Position numbers and translations under genes: made by a program
NCBI GenBank assembly: GCA_965637545.1
Contig: OZ281498.1
Location: forward strand, 27,838,001 to 27,902,000
Length of the DNA stretch: 64,000 bases
Origin: Phallusia mammillata
Taxonomy: Eukaryota
Direction: 5' to 3'
The notes under the pieces: model-generated
Seen by the model: only the letters and a program-made list of their open reading frames with translations
Database searches by the model: none
What the model was told of the DNA's origin: nothing
Part shown: piece after piece, positions 1-11,200 of the stretch
Layout of the letters: each line of letters starts with the position of its first letter
How positions within the stretch are numbered: the stretch's first letter is position 1

Positions 1-116
1 TTGTCAAAAAATCAATTTCTGAACTATAGCTTATTGTTAAATTTTGGATTAACACAAGAAGAAGTTTAGTGTTGCTATTGACCAGAATTTTCTGTGTTTA
101 TTTTCCACAATCTTGC

Positions 117-1622
117 CTTTGGAAGAATCCATGCTTTCTAGCAATCCAACAACACTGCAATAATCAGTTTGGCAGTCTGTTTGTTTCAATGCAGTTAAAA
201 GTTTTTTGTGCCATTCGCTGTCACATGCAAATATCTTAAACAACAGGTCTACCCTCTCCTCTCTGCTTGATAATGCTCTTATTGAATTCCTGTAAAACAA
301 ATTCCATTTTTGTGTTATACTGCACAAGACTTTTGCAACAAATAAAACTTTACTTTTTTTCATCGTCAATTTCCAAAAAATCCACCACATCGTTTGGTTC
401 CAGACTTTCAACAATTTTCAGAAGGTTGTACGAATTTTTATTACACAAAATAGTTTCATCCTCCATAATTACTTTTTTTAATAGTTCTAAACAATAATTA
501 TGTCTTGGTACACAATTCACAGTTCTAAATATTCTCAGCAAAAAGACACAAGCCAGTATTTAAGTGTAAAAAATCACAACTTTTTGACAGTTTTTATCGG
601 ATTTTATCTGACGATGACAAATGAAACTGTTAACACATTGTGATGGTTTACTAGGCTTGTATTGTTTGCTAACAATGATATATATATAATTGATATTTAT
701 TCTTGTTTGTTTAGTTTACCAGAAGTCACCAATCCTACCATTTCCCTCCAGAAACTGCATAATTTGTTCAGGTTCATCTTTTAGTGCTTCTATGAAAAGT
801 GGGATGGATTTTTCCCGTTTAACAACCAATTGCAACAAGCGGGATGCCTGTCCGATATCCGTCTTTCTGGACAGAACTTCTTGTCTACAAAAAACAAACT
901 TACAGTAAAATTGCCAGCAAAAAATATAAGAAAACATGGAAGTATTTTCTACCTGGAAATATCATCCAAAATATCAGGAAAGTGCAACAAAATATCTTTA
1001 GCTTTGATTTTTCTAACAATTACACAACAGTAGACCTCTATTATGTATTTTAATTCAGCAATATGTTGATTTGTTGAAATGTTTGATCCTTCCACATAAG
1101 CCTTTACTTCTGACAAACCTAAATGGTGAAATGTTGGTAAATTGAAAACAGAAAATAATTTATGCAGCAGATAAGTTTTCATTACCCTCAGGAATTGAAT
1201 TTAAAAATGATCGAAAAAATCCTGTCTTCAAATGCTTCAACAAAGAACAGATGATTAAATCAACTTTATTGTTGTCTTCACATCTTATTATTGTATCATA
1301 ATCACCTAAAATAAAATAGAAAATTATCAAGCATGAAATAATGTTTTTTTAGAATGCTTTAAACTATTTTAAAATTGGTTGTAAATGCAATGAACAATTT
1401 TATACATTATTTTGCAGACAAATAACCAGCAGTTATAATTTCAAAGTGGATTGCTGTTCCTGAGATCAACGTACAAAACAAAAACTTACTTTCTTCAATG
1501 ACTCCATCCTGTTTCAAACTGTGAGCAATTCCTTCACAATAATGAGGCTCAATGCGGGAAATCAAATAAGGTTTGAAATTTAGCAATGTTTGTTTCTCGT
1601 TGTTTCGCCGTTCATCGTCCAT
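117..1622 (-). CDS. RLR gene A, 5' part only (three CARD-like domains); continues off the left edge
   Basis: Phase-consistent exons 1622-1490, 1305-1186, 1118-953, 884-739, 486-354, 289-117 (last donor is GC). Translation MDDERRNNEKQTLLNFKPYLISRIEPH...GFFRSFLNSIPEGLSEV...KIKAKDILLHFPDILDDISRQEV...EWHKKLLTALKQ. Near-identical to the 5' exons of gene C (offset 21879). Helicase part not visible. Confidence 0.85.
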
Positions 1623-2287
1623 GGCACCTGCCTCGTTGTTCTATCCCATCTAAACCGAACCCTAAGCATCTTGTGCTGTTTTTTTCACTTGTTTCCCTTT
1701 TCACAAAAAGCACATGACAATACTTTCTTATTTACCTCATTACGTCATGCCAAAACTTCAGTTGTCTGCCCGGGGAATACCCTGATGGTACATTTGTTTT
1801 GGTTTCGCTCAAAGAGATATATTTATTTTAAGTGCCTGTTATTTGTGATTTTCTTTCAATCCTTTTAAAAAGTCACCTTGACTTTGTTATTTAAGTTTAA
1901 TTAGGCCTAAAAATCAGCTAAAAAATACTCTGCTTATTTTTATTTCCCCAAAACGGATTAACCTGGTAATTCCCCTTGCAGCGGACCTTAGTTTCGCCAG
2001 TGGTAAAAAAATTTCAAAGTGGTCATTGCTGGCTTATTACTGTTGCGACCGTACAGGTGGCTTAAAGTGTGAATTTAAAGTGATTTGATATAGGTCGACA
2101 TGTTTACACTTTACTAGTGTAATTTTAGAACGTGATCTAAGTGGAAAAATACTGTTGCAATTTTGCAGAAGGAGAGTGTGAATTTAAAGTGCTTTGATGT
2201 AGATTAATATGTTTACAGATGTAAGTTGGAATCTGATCCAAGTAGCGAAATACTGTTGTGTAGATTGTAAACATTTAAAGAAGGGAA
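1623..2287. promoter_or_regulatory. Putative bidirectional promoter between divergent start codons of A and B
   Basis: 665 bp between divergent ATGs; kappaB-like GGGGAATACCC (1772-1782) and GGTAATTCCCC (1965-1975), each one mismatch from GGGRNWYYCC; CRE-like TTACGTCA (1740-1747). TSS not determined. Confidence 0.55.
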
Positions 2288-5200
2288 ATGTCTTCTCCAG
2301 AAGAGCAAGTTGCACTGATTAATGTAATAAAGAATGAACTGTGCAACAAAATTGCACCCCATCATTGTTTGACAATTGCTCAGTCACTAAAAAATAATGG
2401 AAAAATTTCAGAGGGTTTGTGTTTTTGTTTTGAGATTTTTTAACTTCTTTTTATGTTGTATTTTGGTTCGATTATGGCTATTATTAGGATTTGTTGCTTT
2501 GTTTGTTACATTGAAGTTTATGTGAACAATACATCATACAATTTGTTCTTCATCTTAAACACATATAGAATATAACTACAATATTAGGGTAAAGCATGAA
2601 AACCTTGACATTTCAATCAAATGCAAATTAGATCTGGTGAAAATGTAAAATGATAATTTAGTTGAAAACAAGTACTGGCCACAGATTTTAACAACTTTGT
2701 AAATTTGTTGCATAAGCTTTCTTTATTAACTTTTACTTTTAGAGGAGTGCAATAAAGTCATCCAGCTACCAAGAACAGATAAAACGAAAAGTATGATTGA
2801 ATTCATGTTGAAAAGAAAGGCACCTGGGTTCTTTTTAACATTTTTAACTTCTCTTCAAGAAGGTAGGTTAACTTTTTGTAAATGTTTCAGAAATTCTACA
2901 CTTTATTAGATTTTCATTGATACACGTTTTTAGTTTTTCAACTTTTGTGAGACCAAGAATTTATGTTTATTTAGAGCTGAAGGTTACAAATTCCCTGCTA
3001 TGCACTTGGGGCATAGTTATTTTTTTAAGAAACTAGAAACTGCTTGGTATTGTAAATAATACATGCTTTTTGTTCAACAAAGATTTTTTCAAAACAGATC
3101 TCTTAATTTTGGTTGTTTCCTGTTTCATCTTTTTGTCTTTGTAGCTGGGCTCTCACATGTTCGGGATGAAATAGAAGGTAAATTAAAACCTCCTACTGAA
3201 CTTCAGGAAACACACAAACATATGATGGAAATATATTTCCCAAAAGTCATCACCAAACTTAAAGCTCGTGATGTTTTAGATAATTTTCCAGACATATTAG
3301 ATGAACACACAAAGTAAGTGTTGATAGCTCTGGATGTGAATATTTTGTATTTTGTTGCAAATGTGTTATTTTAGACAGATGGTTTGTAATGTAGTTGAGG
3401 GAATAAGCCAAAATGCCATGTTTCTGCATTATGTGCTGAAAAATCCAAACTCAATTGAAGTATTGCTGCAAGCTTTAAGAAGTGGCCAATGTGGTTCATT
3501 TACTTTCCTCGTTGATTTGCTCGAAGGAAAAGGTGTTTATTTTTCAAAACAGATTTACTTTTTGTAAGAACCATTAAAATGGGAAAATTTGTATTTGCAG
3601 AAAAGTTTAGTGAATCTGACAGTGAAGTAAACATGAAAGTTTTGGAAAAAATCTGCACACATTCAAATAGGATTTTGGTGAAATTGGACCCGTTGCATTT
3701 ACGCAACCACTTTACATTGGAGAAATCTCACTGGTAGTTTTATTTGTTAATTGTAGGTAGGAGAATATTAATGATGTAATTGCAAATTATTTTTTTGGCA
3801 GGGATGCAATTAAGCGGGAAGAAAATCGATGTAAAAGAGCAATTATGTTTCTCAACATTCTTGCCAACAGCGAGACACCTTGGTTTAAACGACTGTTACT
3901 TGCTTTAACTGCTTGTAAAGAACGTGATTATAGTGAATTGTGTTCAAAGTTGGAAGAAGAATCAGGTAAAAATGAATTAACAGGATAAAATTGATACCAT
4001 TGAAAAGCAACTTTTTAATGAATTTGTAATTTTTTTGCTAGAAGATGTTGGAAGTGAAGCAACACACAGTGGTGACGTAAGTTTTGTAAAGTGTCAAAAT
4101 TTCTTTTATAATTGAAAGTTTTGTAGCATAATTATGTTGACCACTAAACTTTTGTTGTGGTTTTGATATTCCTTGTTTAAATCAGCAATTTTGATTTAGG
4201 TTGCTATGGAAACAGACGTGTGGGAGGTAAAACGTTTTTTTTTTGTGTTTTGATATGCTTGAAGCTAATTGGTTGAGTTTAGGTTGGTATGGAAACGGAC
4301 GAAACAGTTGTGAGAGGAGACGGGATTAATGATGTCAATGAAATCCCGTTTGTTAATGTTGCGGACAGAGGTAGGTTATTTATGTGGCTGTATATAATGT
4401 TTTGCACAGCTCAATTCACACTTACTTGTAAGTATGAAGTTTCTTTGATACATATGTTTGATCAAAAGTTGCACAAATTCTTCTGGGAAATAACTTCCAT
4501 CTGTTTCACAAGCCTTTTCTTCTAAAGAGTTTTCTTTTTAAAGTTTAAACTTTGCAGCAAAAAGATAAATCGAAGCAAAAAATAGTAGTTTGCGGCTTTA
4601 AATTAAATTTATTTGGTACACACAAGCTTGAATTAAAGTTTGAGCAATTTCATGCACATCCACATTTTGTCACCAAGCTACCGTATGGGGCAGTAACTGC
4701 GCTTTATACAAAACAAATATTGACATACTATCGTAATACTCAATCTAGCAAAATATATTTATTTGAACTTTAAAGTAAAGGGATAGACATTACTTGGTAA
4801 CAAACAAGATTAAATTCAAGTTCTAATGTTGCTATGCACACCCATATTTCCGTCAGGCTAATATTTTATGTACACATGGATGTGCTTTCACTATTGTAAT
4901 GGCTAACGTTCACATCATTGTTTTGTGTTTGGTTTGCACCAACGCAGTAATGCACTCAAACATAATTTTTGAGTTTTTTTCTTTCAGTGGATCATGTTGG
5001 TGAAGAGAACCCCCAGTTTGAAGGAAGTTTTCTGAATAACTTTGAAAATCCACCAAATCCACCAGTGGCCCCGACACAGCAGAATCAAAGAGGTCGTTAT
5101 GTTATGTAAAAACAAAAAGCCAATAAATGATAACTATGTTGCAGACAGTGCACTCTGTTTCAACCTATAAGGTCTTATTAGTGCAGCTGGTGATGAGACA

Positions 5201-8200
5201 TTGTGACATCAAACAGAATCGGTGAGAAATGGCTTTTTACCCTGTTACTCCCAACAAACTGGAGTGCTGTTATATGGCTGCACCAGCCAATACAGCTTAT
5301 GTCTTGTCACCAGCTGCACTGATGAGACCTTATAGGTTGAAACAGAGTGCACTGTCTGCAGCTCAGTTATGTTATGGTTGAAAACACAGAGCAACTAAAA
5401 CCTTTCAATAAGATCGTAACAATTAGCATATCAAATATAAAACATAGAAATGTTGAAATAATATTTAAATGACATAACATGACATTATGAATGTTTTGTT
5501 CAAGTGGGATTGATGCTTTAGTTTTGTTTGTTTTGTTTATGTGGGATTGCAATGCTCTACATGTTTTTATAATCACAGCTCAATTTTTACATGAAGCGAC
5601 GGTTTTATTTATTAAATTGCAGAAAACGTACTTTAACCCTGTCAGTAACACTTTTGTTTTGTACGAAGCTGAAGTAAAAAATATTATTTATATAACATAA
5701 CATTACAACTATTTTGTTTATGTAAGATTGACAGATCAGCCTAACGCTTACATGTAATTTGCCTAATATGTAGTTTAACCCTGTCAGTACCACTTTTGTT
5801 TTTTGCGAAGCTGATCCTGGGAACAACGTAAGAGATAATGTGGAGAAGTTGGAGCTTCGAGATTATCAACTTGAACTTGCAGCTCCTGCTCTTGCTGGAG
5901 AAAACAGTATGATCGTCGCGCCAACAGGTTTTCCATTGTTTCAGTGATAAAAACCTCCCAATGTCAAGTTTATAGAGCTCTTCTGGCAAATGTAATTTTA
6001 TTCCAACGTTTCGACGTCCTATACATGTTCTATACAGGTCATCAACCTTCTAATGTCTCTAACTTTATTTGGTGCATTTACACAAAATATTATTCAAATA
6101 GAATCAAAAGTCAAAAAACTGGCATTGCGTAGACATAAAGTTTTTGACATGAAACAAGCAAGCTAATGTATTTGTAAAGAACCTGACATTTAGATAGCAA
6201 CTTTCGGCAGCAATAAAGTTTGTAGCTAAAATGACAGAATCACCAACGCACGTTTTTCACAGGAAGTGGCAAAACTTATGTGGCATTGAAAATATGTGCG
6301 GAGCATATAAAGTTGGAAGAACACAAAAAAACAATTTTTCTCGTTCCACGAGTTCCACTTGTCCGTCAGCAACATCAGTTGTTTAAAAGGTAGTTGTTTG
6401 TTCTTATTAAATGAAACCAAAAAACTTGTATGTTGTAAGTAGATTATAGTTTTGAAATGTTTGATGCAATTGGTTTTCTAGTTGCAGAAAAAACTTGCCT
6501 TAGATTTTGTTTTTGTTGAAAAATGCATTTTAGTTTTGGTGATTTTAATCTTTTCAGCTGTTTTTTGCATTTGTTTGTGAAAAAATTTAATTCCTGCGCA
6601 GATTTTTGGGCGACGCACCTGATTTACTGCTACAAGTCACCGGTGAAACAAACTATCGAGTTCCCATCAATATCGCTCTGAAACGTTGCAAAATAACTTT
6701 CATGACGCCACAGATATTACTGAATATGCTCAGGTAAAAAAGTGACATTTGAAGTCAGTGTTTATCATTTTTGCCAAACGTTTTTTGTCCTAAAATAAAT
6801 TATTGCTGTCAGGCATAATGTATAACTGAGTATTGCTCATGAAGGCATCTTGAATAGGACGTCGAAACGTTGATTGTTTGTAATAAAACTGCTGGATGAG
6901 CAATACTCGGTTATATTTTTTGTCCTAACCTAACTATTGGAAGTAAAGAAAACTGTGAGAAGTTTTTTTGAAATCATGAGAACACGAAAACTAATTTGAT
7001 TATATTTAGGGTTGTGAAAAATTAGTGTAGAAATAACACAAACTAAAATTTATCATGAGCAAGTCATTTTGTGCCTTAGTTCCAAAGTATAACTATTATT
7101 GTTCAAAAGACGAAACCAATTTCCTGTAATTTGTAACTTTTACTTTCCTAGAGAAAAAAACTTTACATGACATGACTTTCCAAATTTTCCAGAGAGAGAC
7201 TTGTGACAATCAGTGATTTTACTTTGCTGATTATCGATGAATGAAAAGTATTAATCTATTCATCTTAACTGATTATTGGTTAATCCGGCGATCCCCTAAA
7301 CTACGAAGAGGACATGTGCAGCTTAGCATATAAGGCAATGGTTCTTGAGATTTGACTCCTGTCCTTGGTTCTAATCCCACTACAGGCTAGATTTTGCTTG
7401 CCTATACCTTGACTGATTTAGTATCATGCCTTCAATGATTTATATATTAGTGCGTCATGATCGCAGGTCTGCATGAACGCTTCACGACAGATCCCAGTAT
7501 TGCATTTAAGTCCATCTTAAATGTTGTAAAACTCACACAACTTTCTGTTTTGCTCTGACAGAGAGGAGAGTCCAGAGTTGCTGCATGAAATAAGTTTGTT
7601 GATTTTCGATGAGTGTCATCACACCATGAAGAATCATCCCTACAACGATATCATGAGAATTTATCACAAGAAAAAAGCTGAAGGAATGCAACAAAACTTT
7701 CCCCAGGTTTTAAACTATGCTTTATTCACATTTTTAAAGCTTTTCATTAAAGATAATAATTTGTTAGTTATTATGGGTTCCCTTCCCTGAAGGGGACACA
7801 TATTGATTTTACTCGAATTTGTTTCTGTTTTTTTGCTTTTTTTTCTTGTTTATTTTTTTTCTTCCCAAAGTTTGTCCAACCCGTTTTTCCATCTAAAGTT
7901 TGATGGATTTGGATGAAATTTTCACAGATGGTAGATATAGGTATGTAGATGTGCACCCCACTTTGTTTTTGTTGATTACCCCAATATTTACCCCGCTAGC
8001 CCCCTTAAATGGGTATTTTTTTCCCAAAGTTTGTCCGACTTGTTTTGCCATCAAATGTTTGATAGATTTGGCTGAAACTTACACAGATGGTAGATGTAGG
8101 TATGTAGATATGCTTCCCACTTTGTTTTTGTTAATAACCCCAGTATTTACCCCGCTAGCCCCCTAAAATCGGTGAGTTTGTAAACAATATCGGAATTGGC

Positions 8201-11200
8201 TGAAATTTGGATTTCTTGTAGAGTATGACATTTATAGGTGTTGATTGTTGTGTTCAACCCTGTACCCCCAACATTTACCCCACAAGCCCCCAAAGTGTAA
8301 AACATGTTTGTATGATAATGGGCACCACAAACGAACTAATTCTGTGGCGCAATAGTGTTACAAGGGCAACTAGTTGTATGTTACTTGTTGTTGGGTTGCT
8401 TGGTGGACATTTTTGCACCATGGCAGTTAGGGGGTGACATCAGAGGCAAACGGTTGTGGCTCAAAACACCTCTAGTGGTCAAAATTTTAAACATTGGCTG
8501 ATTGGGCTGAAATTTTGCAGTGCTATTGATTGAGTCATTGAGGTTTTATATTTTTTTAGTTTAGTGTCACATCCCATTAGTTACCCTACTAGCCCCCTAA
8601 AATGGGTAAGTTTATTAAACAGTGTCGGAATTGGCTAAAATTTGGGTAGCATGTGGACTATGGCTATCTCTTGAAATGCACTATTTTTAACTTTACATGT
8701 GTGGGGACCCATGAGTTTCTGCCTGCAGAAACAACTAAGGTTATAGAACACTATGGCTAATATGGGACCCAATACAAAAAAGGCATGGGAAATATATTTA
8801 TGTTTTAAAATAGGTTATAGTGTAAATTTAATGACAAAATGTGCTAAGCCACCCTTTTAGTTGTTTTTTGCTATTTTTCTTTCTTTTTGCATTAAGGGTT
8901 TCCATAGCAACGAGAAATTCTACTTTGTATTCAGTTTTTTTTTCAAGAAAACTTTTTAGGCTCTTTTTAGCGAAGACATATTGACACAATTAGGTCTAAG
9001 CTTTAAAGCAGTGGTTCCCAACCGGGGTTCCGCGTAACCCTGGGGTTCCGTACAACCCTTTCAGGGGTTCCGCGAACTTTAAGGGTCGCACAGGGGTTCG
9101 CAGAGCTTATGTGTAGCAATTCAAACATGAATGATTCATAATATCATTGTTGTAAACAGCAATGCTCACTTGTACAATCTAGTTAACCTTGGTTACACCA
9201 TTGATCAATTGTGACGTAATAATCAAAGTCGTGATAATCTCTGTCTGAATTGTGAGATAAATGTACAAACAACCAATTTAAATGACATGACAATGCGTTT
9301 CAGTAAATCATTTAATTTAATTGAAGTCATGTGCTTGGGGTGTGTTACGTAAAAATGTATGTTGTTTTAATGCAGCCTACTTGAGTTACATTCATTCAAA
9401 ATGATTCTATGGGGGGTTCCTCAAAGTTTGACAAAACACCTTGGGGGTTCCGTGTCACTAAGAAGGTTGAAGAGCACTGCTTTAAAGTGACAACAATTTT
9501 AACTAATTTTTATCACTTTTTTGATTTGTATGTAAAGATGACACAACTTTGCCATGGTTTTAAAATAGCAACAAATTTTACGGACAGACTTTTTTTAAAT
9601 TGAAATATTCTGACTTTCCAGACTGTCGGCTTAACAGCATCTCCAGGTTCAGGAAAATCAAACAGCGTCGAACAAGGATGCAAACATATTTTTAAGCTTC
9701 TTGCAAATTTGGATGTTAAAATTCCACCAGTTCAAGTGAAGGAAAATCGTGATGAACTCTCGGCTTTTACTACAAATGAAGACTTCGGTAAGAACAGATT
9801 TTGTGTTGCAAAGTTTATGATTTTTGTGTTGCAAAGTTTATTTCTGAAGTCAAGTTTACATGATTGTTTTTCAGGATAAAACTGATAAATTTGTAAGGTT
9901 GTTTATGTTTAATATGTGTAATGATAATCAAATGCTATTTAAGATACCATTAAGGCATCATTTAACCATAGTTTAACTGTAATTACAGCAGTTTAATGTT
10001 GATATAAGTTCACAAATATACTTTTTACCCACAGAAACAGTTTCTGTTGACAGAAATCACCGAGATCAGTTCACCACTAGAATCCAGCATATAATGCAAA
10101 GGATTGAAAAACAAATTAAAGACAAGATTGAACAAAATGAAAATGGTAGAGAATTGTTGCAATGTTTTGATGTACATGCAATGTTTAAAGTTTGTTTTTC
10201 TAGTTTTGGAAGACTTTGATTTCAACGTCCCTGACCGGCGAGGACAACCGGTCTATGAAAATGAAGTTATTGATTTTAGAGAAAAAAGCAAATTACTTGA
10301 GGAACGTGAACTTTCGCACCATTTTCAGATTTATGCAAGCCACCTTAAAGTACGGGAAGTCAGTTTTATTTTGTGGATATATGTAGTGGTGGGATTCAGC
10401 CGGTTCACACCGGTTCTATAGAACCGTCTCACGAAATTTTATGAGATCAGCAAACCGCTTAGCATTACTGGTTACTGTCAATGGACTTTTTGTAACAGAA
10501 CCAGCTGAATAATATAACTTTTGTGACAGAACCGGCTGAATAATATAACTTTTGTGATAGAACCGGCTGAAAAAAAATTTGAATCCCACCACTGGATATA
10601 TGTTTAATATTTTCCTTTGCCAGGCTTACAATGGTGCACTTCTGATAAACGAACATGTCCGAGAATCCGATGCGATCAAATACATCGAGGAGAATTTATT
10701 TCAAACATTCCACAATGTTGAGATGAAACTCAGAGAACTCTATGACAGAAGTGGTACGACATCGTGGTTTTCAACTTCTTTCTTTACTTTATGGAATTCT
10801 TTCTATTTAATGTTAAAATCACCCACCTTGAATTTTGCATGTTTTTAGTATGTTTATATTAATAGGCGAGGAATTGTTTTATAAGGAGAGGAAAAGAAAA
10901 ACTTTTGCTTTGTGAACATATATAATTTCAACACTATCTTTGGAAACATAAATGAAAAACTTTTGCTAATACAAACTTTTCCCTTGTTTATGGCTGCTTT
11001 AAACCAATGCATGCTTCGATTTCTTGTTATGCCTTTTAAATGTTCTTTGGCTCTTGGCAGAGGTCTTGCTAGTCAAATCTGGCTATCAACTTCATTATTT
11101 TAGAAATATCAAAACTGGCCCAAAATACTCCCAGTCCACTGCTACTGAAGCTCATAGAAATCATACAGCAAAATTTCTCGTCCAATCCCAATTCTCGGTG

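Larger units (their letters stand above)
1..7243 (+). repeat. Direct segmental duplication, copy 1 (matches 21880-29637)
   Basis: Base-by-base match at offset 21879 from position 1; near-identical to ~4230, then more substitutions and indels. Homology stops at ...ATCGATGAATG (7243), versus ...ATTGATGAATGCCAT in copy 2. Confidence 0.95.
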
